A DNA stretch of 62,014 bases, counting the filler, from Globobulimina sp. (taxonomy: Eukaryota): the NCBI GenBank assembly GCA_003354225.1. It is 26 parts of 26 records of this genome, joined end to end, with 100 filler letters (N's around TTAATTAATTAA, not from the genome) between each part and the next. Parts side by side here need not be neighbours in the genome. Positions count along the whole stretch, not along the records: positions 1 to 2,290 come from PIVH01007616.1; positions 2,391 to 4,680 come from PIVH01007617.1; positions 4,781 to 7,070 come from PIVH01007618.1; positions 7,171 to 9,460 come from PIVH01007619.1; positions 9,561 to 11,850 come from PIVH01007620.1; 21 more parts are not named here. One strand, written 5' to 3'. The notes beneath the pieces were generated by a model. The model ran no database searches. It saw nothing but the letters and a program-made list of their open reading frames with translations, and was not told the origin of the DNA. A program made the position numbers and the translations under genes. Shown here one piece after another: positions 1 through 11,764 of this stretch. Positions within the stretch are counted from its first letter, which is position 1, and each line of letters opens with the position of its first letter.

Positions 1-568
1 TGCTGGTTATATGTTACATTTATGTCATAAATAGAATCATAAATGCGGTCATAAATAGAATCATCAATATTGATATCGTCGTTAACTTCTACCAAAAGTA
101 ATAAGTTTGTATGTTCTGCAAAATATTGTTTTTTTATGTCATATTCGACATATAAATGGTTGTTGTTCAATGAATACAACTTTCCGGTATCTGGAACTCT
201 TTCAAAATTAATTAGACCCAAACTGCATAAAAATGTAATAAATACACCAATTGAAATGAATAAACACGGTTTATGATATATTCTATCACCAAACATTTTA
301 AACAACTTATTTACATAAAACGATGTTTTGGAACTAATGATATCCCATTTACAACGACAACGACAACGAGAGGAAGGCGTCGTACACATTATACCTTTCA
401 GTGGGTATCAAAACAGTTTGTATTGACAGTATCGATGGGTTTAACTGTAAATGAGCAAACTGTTAAAGATTGTAAAGGTAAAAAAAGAATTACTATGGAC
501 TATTTATAACTGTTTTTATATTAATATATTCATAATTGATATTTATAACTATTATAATTATGACTCAG

Positions 569-802
569 TGAAAGAAATGCATTAAAGTCAGAGGTTTGAG
601 AGGTTGAGAGGTTCGGAGGTTTATGCGTTCAGAAGTTGAGATGTTCAGAAGTTGAATTATTAATGAAACAAGAATCCAATTCTACGATACTTTTATCCAC
701 CAACTTCTGAACATCCCAACCTCTCAACGCCAAAAGTTCTGAACTTCTCAACTTCTCAACTTCTCAACTTCTCAACCTCTGACTTAAATGCATTCCTTCC
801 AT
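569..802. repeat. Fold-back / MITE-like element with imperfect terminal inverted repeats and internal 8-nt repeats
   Basis: Left AAAGAAATGCATTAAAGTCAGAGGTT (571-596) pairs with right AACCTCTGACTTAAATGCATTCCTT (774-798). Inner GATGTTCAGAAGTTG pairs with CAACTTCTGAACATC. Tandem TTCTCAAC units in the right arm. Confidence 0.75.
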
Positions 803-893
803 TAATAACAAAGTGATGTGATTATCATATCGCTGGAGCATATTTTATGATTATGAAATATATTTAGAAACCAAAAATATACAACTCGTTATA

Positions 894-1955
894 ATGAGCA
901 GCACAGAACAGACAAACAACTCGTTTCTTGTAGGAACCGATGACTCAGTCTACAGCAAACAGTCACCATCAAACGAACATCAATACACCATTGACTTACC
1001 AATATTAATCAATTCAGTTTCAAGATATCCAGAAACAGTTCAGACCAAAAAATATCGGATTTATGATTCTAAATCAAGATACATATTGAAAAAGTCCGCG
1101 CAGGTTCTACCATGGATTACCAACCAAGCCAATAAACCAAATTCCAGTGCAACAACGTATGACATGATAGCAATTAACAAACAAAAACCAAACCAAGTTA
1201 ACCAACAAACACAGCCCATTCATTACAAACTAAAACCAGATATTTATAGTAATTTAGGACCACATTTATGTAGTATTGATAAGTTAAAACAAGAATCTTT
1301 CCATCACAGTTTCTTTCGTCAATACGGACAAATTGTAGCACCATTTTGCAACTTGGGATTACGTAAAACCAGCACTCGTACAGAAAAATGTGGCAATGAT
1401 GAAGATAATGTCGGTATCAACAGTGATAAAAATAGCAAGCAAAAGTTATCTGATGTATCTTCTGAAAATGAGGAAACACTGCAAACACAGCGTACGCACG
1501 AAATATGGCAAGAGCCCAAAAATATAATTCAAATCAGTATGATGCAACATGGGTACATGCGGAAGAAAGACAATTTGGAGAAAAGAAAAAAGAAAGAAAA
1601 GAAAAGAGAAAAAACGAGTGGTGTTGCTACTATTAGCAAGCAAAAGAAATATATGTATGATGTGGACATTATTCCAACAATTCCGAGATTGAGAGATCAT
1701 GACAGAAATTTAGCAGACAATGTAAATGTACGTAAATGTAAAGCAGACAACATTGGAAACACAGAAAAACATTTGGATTTTGAAATACTTTTAAAGGATA
1801 AAGAGAGAGAAATATGGTCATTGCGCACTGACTTGAAATTGATAAAAAACAACAAATTGCTTTATGAAGATAAGAAGAGGCGAGAAATACGATATATATG
1901 CAAGAAAATGAAAAAAGCAATAGAAGAAAGAGAAAGTATGAAAAGAAAAATCTGA
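894..1955 (+). CDS. Hypothetical protein, Lys/Glu-rich coiled-coil C-terminus
   Basis: 353-aa ORF in AT-rich DNA; no recognisable domain. Confidence 0.55.
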   Translation: MSSTEQTNNSFLVGTDDSVYSKQSPSNEHQYTIDLPILINSVSRYPETVQTKKYRIYDSKSRYILKKSAQVLPWITNQANKPNSSATTYDMIAINKQKPNQVNQQTQPIHYKLKPDIYSNLGPHLCSIDKLKQESFHHSFFRQYGQIVAPFCNLGLRKTSTRTEKCGNDEDNVGINSDKNSKQKLSDVSSENEETLQTQRTHEIWQEPKNIIQISMMQHGYMRKKDNLEKRKKKEKKREKTSGVATISKQKKYMYDVDIIPTIPRLRDHDRNLADNVNVRKCKADNIGNTEKHLDFEILLKDKEREIWSLRTDLKLIKNNKLLYEDKKRREIRYICKKMKKAIEERESMKRKI

Positions 1956-2290
1956 TGCGCTGAAGAGATGGTGATCTATGTACGTATAATATGTGTGTGT
2001 TCTGAGTTCAGTCTGGATTGTTTTTTGAATTATGAAAACAATTATTTTTGCAAAGAAAGAAAACTGTGAAAACAGTCCGCTATAATTAAAATCAAAAAAA
2101 ATGCCAATGAGGGCAAATACACAATAGTAGCTATCATTCATATGCGTAGTCTACAAAGTTTTGATGGACTCCATAACTTTCAACTTTAAATACCAGAAAA
2201 TCATTTGAATTCCATAAAAATTCCAAATATGGAAAATACTCAATCCACTTATTTCGCGCAATTAAAATGACGCCACCTTGTGTGATCTGA

Positions 2291-2390
2291 NNNNNNNNNN
2301 NNNNNNNNNNNNNNNNNNNNNNNNNNNNNNNNNNTTAATTAATTAANNNNNNNNNNNNNNNNNNNNNNNNNNNNNNNNNNNNNNNNNNNN
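2291..2390. other. Artificial contig linker N44-TTAATTAATTAA-N44 (first of 25, recurring about every 2390 nt up to 59628-59727)
   Basis: Identical 100-nt spacer with six-frame stops. Flanking segments decrease in length from 2290 to 2287 nt, as expected for length-sorted contigs. Confidence 0.99.
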
Positions 2391-3232
2391 GAAAGTTGGT
2401 ATTTTTCATTGCGATCAGTGATTTATTGCGTGCCATTTCAATGATACTGCCAGCGTATTACAATAATGATTTAAATGTATATCTGTGTTGGTTACAGTCA
2501 ATATTAGGGAATGTGAGTGGACTATCAACAACACTTTGGAATTGCTCTGTTGCTCACAGCATCAAATATGTATTTACATCGCGTAACATCTATTCAACCG
2601 AACAAACAAATAAATTATTTTACAAATATCTAGTCGTAAATGTAACATTAACCATTCTTTTGAGCATACCACCCATATTCCCATTGAATAAGGACCATTC
2701 ATATGCCTTAGCGGGCAGTTGGTGTTGGATCAAAGGCGAAACAGAGTATGATAGCATTGTTCGCGTTGTGTCTCAATTAGGCGTCCAATTAATATGTGGC
2801 ATGTACATTATTTATGTATATTGGCATTTCATGAGGAAATTATTTAACACTGCCTCTGATATTAGTGTTTCCAGAGCGATTTTAATGGAGGAAACTATTG
2901 GTAGACTCAAATGGTATCCGGTGGTGTTATTCATAGCCTATATACCCCCGATAGTTAACCGACTCTCACAGATTATAGAGACAGACCATTCTGCAAAATA
3001 TTATCTCACATTTTTTCAATATGCGTCGGTATCAGTCTGTGGCTTTTTAGATTCTTGCCTCTATGCATGGACAAAACCTGTCAAGGAAAAATATAAACAA
3101 TTGTGTCGACGGGCGATTTGGCCAAGGCATATGTATATGGACAGTGCATCTGATTATGATCATTATGCTGATTTTTCTGGTTTGGATGATACAATGAATG
3201 ATGGACCCCGTATAGATAGGGTTTCTACATAA
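2391..3232 (+). CDS. cAMP-receptor-like (Dictyostelium CAR / plant GCR1 type) 7TM GPCR, 5'-truncated
   Basis: Multiple TM helices; motifs IAISDLL, CWLQS, AGSWCWI, RLKWYPVVLFIAYIPPIVNR, GFLDSCLYAW. Confidence 0.85.
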
Positions 3233-3296
3233 TCTTGTGTACAAATACATAATCACTGACTCAAGTGTTTTTTTCTCATTTCCCTCACGTTGCATA

Positions 3297-4680
3297 ATGG
3301 ATACTGAGTTAGAAAGACTAACAGGTTCTCCTGTAGCTCGTCGTGGTGCAGTTGTGATTCTACCTCAGCGTAGATCTCCTGATCAGGGCAAAAGTAATTT
3401 AGAGTATTCTGTATCAACAGCAGACACCAGACAACAGCATAAATTTGATGCCATTGCCAGCTATGATACAGATGACGACAAAACTGAAGAACCGTCGACT
3501 GAGACATCAAATCAGCACTCAAGTGACACCATTTCTGGCAATAATTTGAAACATCATAGTTTATCAAAATTAGCAAATTTTATCAGAAAAAGAAGTAAAA
3601 GTAAAAGCCACGGATCCGACAGTGATGATATTGGAGGTGGTCATTCAATGCATAATGATAATGGCATGGATGATAGCAGCAGCACCGGCAGCGGTTGCAG
3701 TAACATTAAATGCAGTTTACCGACTCTCAGTGCTGACGCAGCACACAAACACCACAACAGCTTTGATCTCCGCATTGATTATACACAATTCCAATGGACA
3801 TTGGTCATTATGTTCACCTTACTCGCAGTACTCGACAGATTTACTCTCAATGTCTGGCCATTATGGGTAGATTCGCCTGGACCCACCATACCAAACAACT
3901 TTAGTGTGTCCATTTTTGCATTAATAGCCTGGATATCTGGTCGAATGATGTTGGTGTCATCATCTTATTTATTTTTCACGCAAAATAATGTATTTTGGAA
4001 TTGGTTTACAGAGCAAAGATTGGTGAATAAGTATATTAAGATTGGCGATATTCATACACAAAATATAAACTTACATTATCATATTGGTTGGCTATTTTGT
4101 GGTGTTCCCGTTTTGTTACATGTTTGGAGCATATTATTTGCTGCAGTATTTCCACAAAATTCCATTGTATTATATCACAAATGGATGCGACCATACGATG
4201 CCAATGGTATTTCGATTCCATTTTATGCAGACAACTTATTATCGTTAGGCATAAATGATGTTTATCGTTTGGTATCGACCTCTGTTTCATTCTTGGTCTT
4301 GTTCCCGTACTCAGTGGTTGCGTGTTGCCGGAATAATAACTGGTCCTTTGCGCAGTGGGTACATTTACTTGGTGCCACATTGTACACTGCCGACTTAATT
4401 CGCATGTCCTCGCATCCACATTGTTGGGTATTTAATGTACCATTTGTTATCTGGTGGATATTTGATAGATTGTATGGGATATTTTATTATCGGAGATGTG
4501 TGGCGAATATTGTCAAGAAAATACATTTAGGTATGATTTAAAATGCATTTTGTTTGTTAAATTAGATTTAACTTTTTTAAACTTTTCTAGATGATAATTA
4601 TATAATTTTATACCTGCGAATACCGAATCATTTATATGAGAAACGAAAACTAGGCGATATTTTTTATTTTAATGGTTTGT
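3297..4680 (+). CDS. Ferric reductase / NADPH oxidase-like membrane protein, 3'-truncated; intron 4531-4590
   Basis: Paired TM histidines (LHYHIGW...LLHVW; WVHLL...SSHPH) and WWIFDRLY. Removing the GT..AG intron 4531-4590 gives KIHLDDNYIILYLRIPNHLYEKRKLGDIFYFN, resembling the start of the FAD-binding domain. Confidence 0.75.
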
Positions 4681-4780
4681 NNNNNNNNNNNNNNNNNNNN
4701 NNNNNNNNNNNNNNNNNNNNNNNNTTAATTAATTAANNNNNNNNNNNNNNNNNNNNNNNNNNNNNNNNNNNNNNNNNNNN

Positions 4781-5337
4781 ACTAATGGATAAGATTTTGC
4801 ATTTAATGCATTATCATATTTGGTATATTTGTCCAACCAATATTTAAATCCATCATATGATCGTTGTCCGGATGTAATATATTGTCCCAATAACATTTGT
4901 CCTTTGCTTTCGTCCATTTCATACAATCGAATATCAGGTATTCCTGTCACGGATTGCCGCGTACTAAAATACCACGGCGATCTTGACTCCAATAACACGA
5001 ATAAGACATTATTTAATCCAAACGATGAAGCCACATGAAAATAAATGGGGAAAAAATCACGCGAAAAAATACAATACGCACCAAAATGATTTGTGACAAT
5101 ATAATGTGGGAAACATGACACATTGCCATGCTTTTCGTTCCATTTCTTCTTTTCATGTTTTATGATATCATGAATAGGCACATAATCCGCATAAATTGGC
5201 AAATGATTCCATAATCCATAGTTACTAATATTATGCAACAATTCCATTTCATATTCTTTATTTAATCCACATTTGATAGTTCCTGGAATAGAGTCTATCA
5301 ATAAATCTGAAGCATCACACGACATGCTTTTGGGCAA
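4781..5337 (-). CDS. Thioredoxin-fold protein with CxxS motif (TXNDC15/APR-like); start uncertain, 3'-truncated
   Basis: FGAYCIFSRDFFPIY resembles FYAxWCxFS; SVTGIPDIRLY resembles the cis-Pro loop. Confidence 0.5.
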
Positions 5338-5370
5338 AATCCTTCCTTTTTTTTTTTTGAATGTAAAACC

Positions 5371-6978
5371 ATGTCCTCAGACTTACTTGAAAATACACCG
5401 CAAGACGAAAGCCAAAATTCAAATGGTTCCCAGACCCAAACATTTGAACCATCGGAACAAAGTGAGAGTGTATGGGGTCGCTTAATTCCCGTCTCTGCCA
5501 ACCATGAAGAAGCGAGCTTAAATCAAGTATTCGAGTTATCAGAAGCATTGGTAACACTCGGCCGCGATTCTCAGAGTGACATACTTTTGAAATGTTCAAA
5601 TATATCCTCTTCGCATTGCAAATTAACCTGCAACAGCGCTGACGGATTAACCACCGTGTTTTTAGAGGACACATCGACGAACGGCACATGGATTAATAAG
5701 CAGAGAATCTCAAAGAAAAAAGTATTGATAAACGACGGCTGTGAAATCATATTAATACCGCCTTCCAAAAAGAAAAAACGTAAGAAATTGTCCTATTTTT
5801 TTCATTTAGAGCGCGGTGACTATTCGCGAAGAAGGAGGATAAATTCGAGTGCGACGTCCGTCGAATCCAAATATTATATCATCAAAGATTTAGGTTCCGG
5901 CGCATTCAGCACCGTCAAATTAGTGCAGGACCGCAGTAACAACAACAAATATGCACTAAAAATCATCGATAGGATCGCATGGCAGCGCATGAAACATGCC
6001 ACCAAACGAAATGTAACCTTGTTGGATGAGGTTGAAATTATGAAAAAAACCAATCATAAGCATATTGTCAAAGTGTATGAGTATTTCGAAGAGGAAACCA
6101 AAGTGAATGTCATCTTAGATTTTTGTGGCGGCGGTGATATGTTGGAATATATCCAAAAAAATGGCGCCTATTCATCCGAAAAAGCGCGCAAAATATTTAA
6201 GCAATTAATTGAGAGCGTGGATTATTTGCATTCCCTCTCCATCGCGCATAGAGACCTGAAGCCAGACAATATTTTATTGACGGATTCCAACGGAGACACC
6301 ATTAAAATATCAGATTTTGGCATTTCTAGAGAGGTCACGTCGAGCGGCTGCGGTACGATTATTGGCACTCCGTTGTATCAGGCACCTGAAGTTAAGAAAT
6401 ATATCCTATCCTTGCACTTTATTTATATTTGTATGGTGGTGTAGGTACATAACAATTTGCATGGTTATAATGGCACGTTGGCGGATTATTGGAGTTTGGG
6501 CATAATATTATATGTGATGTTAGTGGCGGCGCCGCCGATATCTACACAAGAAACCACAGCGAAAATATGCGAAATGTCGGTAAAACGTGCATTGCCATGG
6601 TATGATGAACCCATTCCGGAGACTGCAAAAGATTTAATTTATAAGTTGTTGTGTGTTGATCCGAAAAACAGAATTACGGCAAAAAATATATATCTACATC
6701 CATGGATCATTGGTTATGATAATTTGGATGATATTGCTAAGGATAAAAATAATAATAATCATAATATTGATTGCAAAGAAGAGGAGGAACTTACTCAGAA
6801 TGGTGAGGAATTTATGGATATGGATATTACAATGAAGCAGTCAAGAAAAAGGAAAGCGGATTTTGATGAGGATATTTATAATGAAACGCCTACAAAAAAA
6901 CAAAGAACTGATCCAAAGCAGATACAAAATGAAGATATAACAATTCCTTTAGATCTGACACGTTCAGACAGTATTTAA
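5371..6978 (+). CDS. CHEK2: FHA-domain Ser/Thr kinase, Chk2/Cds1/Rad53-like; intron 6391-6444
   Basis: N-terminal SQ/TQ cluster; FHA (WGRL, LGRDS, SSSHC, DTSTNGTWIN); kinase GSGAFSTV, ALK, HRDLKPDN, DFG, APE. A 54-nt GTTAAG..TAG intron joins APE|VHNNLHGY...DYWSLG. Confidence 0.9.
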
Positions 6979-7171
6979 TATAATTTATATCAGAGTGTTT
7001 TATTCATGATTAAATGACGGTAATTTATTATCACTTACCGCCACTTCTATAAAATTGTGGTCAGCCTTACNNNNNNNNNNNNNNNNNNNNNNNNNNNNNN
7101 NNNNNNNNNNNNNNTTAATTAATTAANNNNNNNNNNNNNNNNNNNNNNNNNNNNNNNNNNNNNNNNNNNNA

Positions 7172-9085
7172 TCAAAATGGAATAAAACAGAATGCCCACA
7201 GTGTCTGAAACCATTTACAATCTCAAAACCTTGGACAAAAAAGATAAATTCAAATAATGACAACGAAGGTTCTGGTTATGACGTTGAGGAAGATGATGAA
7301 GATTATGTTCGTAAAAAAACATTTTCTAAAAATATGGACCATTGTAACTGTTGCGGTGAAAAGGTAGAAAATAAGGAAACTGAGGATATGAAATATGAAT
7401 TTTGTGAGAATAAGCAAGAAATGGCGATAACAGCGTATGGTGGATTTAATAATTGCGGTGTTTGTAATTATTATTATTGTGATAAATGTCGAAGAAATTG
7501 TTTTTACGAAATTGAACAAAGATACACGATGAGGCCACCGTCGCCTGTTCAAGATGCCATGATGGAATTCTATGCCTTATATCCTGCGAATAATAGTGAA
7601 TCGATTGAACCGTTTGAATGTTGCGAAATATGTTGGTATCGCTATTACTGTCGGAACTGTCCGCATTGTGGTTATACATTTTGCGCACATTGCAATTCAG
7701 AGTGGATTGGGTGGACTAGAAATTGGAGTGACAAATTACGTATTAATATTAATATGGAGGATGAGCACAAATTGAATGATGATTTGGTGGATGAAAAGCA
7801 TGGAAAACATGACGATAAATATGCAAAACATTCCTGTTTGAAGGCAAAAGCTAAAATGGCAGATATTGAGAGAAAAAAGAAAGAAAAACGAGAGAAAAAT
7901 AAAAATGAACTGATTCAAAGATTAGCAAAAGAAAAACAAGAGGCAGAATATGATAAAAAACATCAACAATATTTATTCGAGAGCCAACGAAAAGAATTGG
8001 AAGAAATGACAAAACAAAATGCTATGTGGAAAGCAAAAGCATTGGAGTCTGAAAATAAAATATTAGCCAAAGAAAAGAATGCCTCGCAACTGAGTTTAAA
8101 ACGTACACAAATCGAAAAAGATCGCTTTCGCGCCAAAGCAGAGGAGGAAGAAAAGAAAGCTATTCAGGTCGAAAAGGAAAATAATAAATTACGCAAAAAA
8201 ATTGGTTTTTTAACCGTATGGCAATGGCATGATAATGGCGCAAATTGGAAATCATATGATTATGATACAAATAAAGCGATTGAAAAGTTAAACATTAATG
8301 AAGTTTATAGCTATTTATGTCGCGCAAATAATCAAAATTATAAAATTACAAAAACTGCAAAAGATAATGGCACACAAATTAATACAAAAACAAATGTTGA
8401 AAGAAATATAAAAAGAAACAAAATTGAGCGAAGTTTGAATGTTGTAAAATATCCGCAATGGTGGAATATGAATGCTTTGCAGTTGGAATCTGAGCCAGGT
8501 TCGTCATTAATAAATGCGATGTATGCAACACCGAAATTAATTAGAATGAATTTAAACGAGTTGCCAGCCAATGATGTGGTGAATAAATTTTATTTGACTG
8601 TGAAAGGATATACAATCATTAAAATTGAATGTATACAAAATCAAATGTTATATGATGCGTATGACGGAGCTCGGAGTAAATTGTTAAAATTAATTGGAAA
8701 TAAGCAATTGAATGAAAAGAAATTGTTTCATGGAACGAGAAGTGAAAATGTTATGAAATTGATTGAAAATGAAGGATTTAGAAAAGAGTTTAATAAAACT
8801 GCTATGCATGGAAAGGGTACATATTTTGCACGCGATGCGAGTTATTCTGTTGGTTATTCGTCGTCGGATAATGGCATTTACAAAATGTTTGAATGCAATG
8901 TGCTTTGTGGCCAGAGTCATTTAGGAAATGCTTCATTTGAATTGAATAAATGGCCAAAAAAATCAAATGGATCGGGTTTGATATATGATTCATTGGTGGA
9001 TAATACAACAAATCCATCGATATTTGTCATTCATGATGATCTAAGAGCATACCCTATGTTTTCTATACATTTTAAAAAAAATTAA
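7172..9085 (+). CDS. Cys-rich (RING/IBR-like) + coiled coil + WWE + PARP catalytic domain protein, predicted mono-ART; frame open from contig start
   Basis: CPQC and several CxxC pairs including CPHCGYTFCAHC; WWE (VWQWHDNGANWKSYD); PARP LFHGT, HGKGTYFARDASYS, YDSLVDN, IFVI, AYP. Confidence 0.9.
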   Translation, partial: SKWNKTECPQCLKPFTISKPWTKKINSNNDNEGSGYDVEEDDEDYVRKKTFSKNMDHCNCCGEKVENKETEDMKYEFCENKQEMAITAYGGFNNCGVCNYYYCDKCRRNCFYEIEQRYTMRPPSPVQDAMMEFYALYPANNSESIEPFECCEICWYRYYCRNCPHCGYTFCAHCNSEWIGWTRNWSDKLRININMEDEHKLNDDLVDEKHGKHDDKYAKHSCLKAKAKMADIERKKKEKREKNKNELIQRLAKEKQEAEYDKKHQQYLFESQRKELEEMTKQNAMWKAKALESENKILAKEKNASQLSLKRTQIEKDRFRAKAEEEEKKAIQVEKENNKLRKKIGFLTVWQWHDNGANWKSYDYDTNKAIEKLNINEVYSYLCRANNQNYKITKTAKDNGTQINTKTNVERNIKRNKIERSLNVVKYPQWWNMNALQLESEPGSSLINAMYATPKLIRMNLNELPANDVVNKFYLTVKGYTIIKIECIQNQMLYDAYDGARSKLLKLIGNKQLNEKKLFHGTRSENVMKLIENEGFRKEFNKTAMHGKGTYFARDASYSVGYSSSDNGIYKMFECNVLCGQSHLGNASFELNKWPKKSNGSGLIYDSLVDNTTNPSIFVIHDDLRAYPMFSIHFKKN

Positions 9086-10873
9086 GTATTTGTGTTTGTT
9101 TCCACTTTAATTAATATTGTCATCTTTTTTGTTGCATGCTAGTATGCTCAAAATGAAAGTAGGATCCTAGAATATATCTATGGACAATTATTGACACACA
9201 ATTGTATACATAAATTACGCCCATATTTCAAAATGTTCAATTTAAACTGGTTATATTTATAACCGAGTATTAGTAAACTAATAATTGTTTTCTTCACATG
9301 AGTTAATCAACACTTTTTTAATTGTATAACTATTGGAATGTCGCTCATATGTTAACATCAAATAATATCTCACCAGTTGCAAAATTGGAACAATATTGGC
9401 AAATGTATTCCCAACACTGTCGCATACGGTGCAATTAAGGTTAGTGTAGACGTTTATTTTNNNNNNNNNNNNNNNNNNNNNNNNNNNNNNNNNNNNNNNN
9501 NNNNTTAATTAATTAANNNNNNNNNNNNNNNNNNNNNNNNNNNNNNNNNNNNNNNNNNNNATATTTGGATCAAAACAGCACTGATTTGATGATTGAAATG
9601 GTTTATCACAACTCTTGAGCAATTTTGATATGAATGAAAATGACCATATTTCAACAAGTTATCCTGTAGTGGTTCACCAGCTGTAATCTCCGCATAATTG
9701 TGATTCATGCTGTATTTAGAACTAATCTCCGCATAATTACTAATTTTGCGCAGAGTTTTTCCATTATTAATCCTCAAACTCCACACTTCCTGCACAACAA
9801 TGAACGGAATTAAGTTTGCGTTTCAAATGCGTCAATTAAATGGTGTCAAATCAACCAAAACAATAAATGTTTGTTACGCAATGCTAATTGGAATACAAAG
9901 GATAATATTATTTGATAAATTTAATGAAGTGCAGGGATTCATTGTCAACGGACTTATAGTTTCTGTCGATGATGCTGGACCAGAATTAACTGCATTGATT
10001 TTAGAACCACTACGCGTTCCTAATCCAAATGATGTTAATTATAATAAAAAAAATAACCACAGCAAGTATATCACCGATCCGCCACAACAATCACCAGTAT
10101 GTAATCTGCATTAATTACACACGGAAACACACTAAAAATAAATGCATAAATAAGGCATTGTCAGATAGATCTGGAACAACCATTAGTTGGCATAACAATC
10201 GTTTTGATGATAATGTATGTTTATGCTCTTTGAATATATAAAAAATTAAAATAATCCACACATAATATATATATAGCAAAATAAAGACGAGATAGAAGCA
10301 CAATCACCGGAACCTACAGTATCATTACTATCAGCTCCCGAATATATTCCATCTCAATGCAGACATAAATATTGATGTTGTAAAAAAGAAGTGTTTTTTT
10401 TGGCATATTGTTATTTGTATGTTTTGTATCGTATGTTTTTGTGACCGTATTATATTTTTATGATGTAATGTACGCGTATAATGGACATCTGATCTACGAA
10501 CAATATTAAGTTCAACGGATATCATTGTTTCATAATTATGCATGTGATTTAATTTACTTTGAAAAAGTTTCAAAATCGTTCCTTTTCTGCTGAAAAAAAC
10601 CAAAGCAGTCACTCCACAAAAACATTAACGTTTAGTGCGCAAATCCGATCAATTAAAATTACTTTGCAAGATTTGTTATCGATAAGCAACTTAAAAGTAC
10701 ATGTACGGAAGACATGCTTTTGCTTTACGTTTCAAATTAACATTACGAGTCCAATATTGTGCATAACGCGCGGCGTAATATGCTTGAATATGATTACAAA
10801 ATAACGCAGTCTGAAAAAATTAATTCAGTCACTTCGGAAAAGAATAATCAGTGTTTACAGTTACATAGTTAAA

Positions 10874-11764
10874 TCATTCTAAGCTGGAATGTAGAAATGC
10901 AAAATCGCAATAACTACATCCTTTACCTAAAGTCTCCTTTCTTCTAAATTCAAAGTCCGCGTGTTTACCAAGACTGGGCAGCATTTTATCATCAAATTGG
11001 CAAAACCATAGATATGTTAAATTCTTTTCTTTCCCACCATCTGAATCACCAAATTCTCGTCCAATATCTCGAAAAATACACCGTTTCACATGAAACTCAA
11101 ATTGTTTGTTATAAATATCATTTTGAATCCATTCGATATCAAATACACCTTCTTCCTCTTGTGATGTATGCATAATATCTCTATTTATTCCATTTACAAC
11201 GGCATATCTTAAATGATGCGGTACATTCTCCAAATATTTAACAATAGGCTCAACAAATAATGGTCCACATAAGTTTTGCGCATTTGACAATATTTGCGAT
11301 GCTCTGTCATTGCCATACATATCAATCAATGTCTTTGTTATTATAATGCCCTGAAATGATGATTCAATCAACTTATATTTAATGGCAACTCCTTTGATGG
11401 TTTCCCGTAACTTACGTTCAGTGTCACTCATTAGCTTCATATGTTTGGTCATATTCTTCAAATAATTTCCAAAAAATCTAAACCTGTGCCAGGTTGATGG
11501 AAGTTGCCTCGCTAATTCTTTCATCATTGTTTTTTGCAGCTCTTTGTATTGATTTTTCATTAAAGGGTCAGTAATGCCTTTGCCAGTCATAAAGCTCGTC
11601 ATTCCGACTGTCGATCCTGGTGCGTTTGCAATTAACTCTTCTACTAATTTCTTATCTTCCTCTGCTAAGTTTATATACTGTTTAGTTAATGGTTTGCTTG
11701 CAAAATATCTCAATGGTGATGGGGATGGATGTGTCAATTTGAATACACGGCTTCTACATGCCAT
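10874..11764 (-). CDS. L-2-amino-thiazoline-4-carboxylic acid (ATC) hydrolase-family domain protein with putative mitochondrial presequence
   Basis: C-terminal FHVKRCIF...FG...FCQFD...FRRKETLGKGCSYCDFAF matches the bacterial ATC_hydrolase Cys pattern. N-terminus is rich in Arg/Ser/Lys and lacks acidic residues. Intronless. Confidence 0.75.
   Translation of the reverse strand: MACRSRVFKLTHPSPSPLRYFASKPLTKQYINLAEEDKKLVEELIANAPGSTVGMTSFMTGKGITDPLMKNQYKELQKTMMKELARQLPSTWHRFRFFGNYLKNMTKHMKLMSDTERKLRETIKGVAIKYKLIESSFQGIIITKTLIDMYGNDRASQILSNAQNLCGPLFVEPIVKYLENVPHHLRYAVVNGINRDIMHTSQEEEGVFDIEWIQNDIYNKQFEFHVKRCIFRDIGREFGDSDGGKEKNLTYLWFCQFDDKMLPSLGKHADFEFRRKETLGKGCSYCDFAFLHSSLE

Noticed and set aside
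70-509. Two short ORFs overlapping by ATGA
   Set aside because: No recognisable domain and short enough to arise by chance; not counted with the TTACAATGA junctions.
6391-6444. In-frame TAG in the kinase, and similar in-frame stops at 32358 and 40251, as stop-codon reassignment
   Set aside because: The first two lie in GT..AG introns of 3n length whose removal restores conserved motifs, and 40251 lies in a probable intron. TAA, TAG and TGA all end genes normally elsewhere.
9561-10810. Several short ORFs and a 16-nt direct repeat (TAATCTCCGCATAATT)
   Set aside because: No interpretable protein motif; the repeat is too short to support a call.
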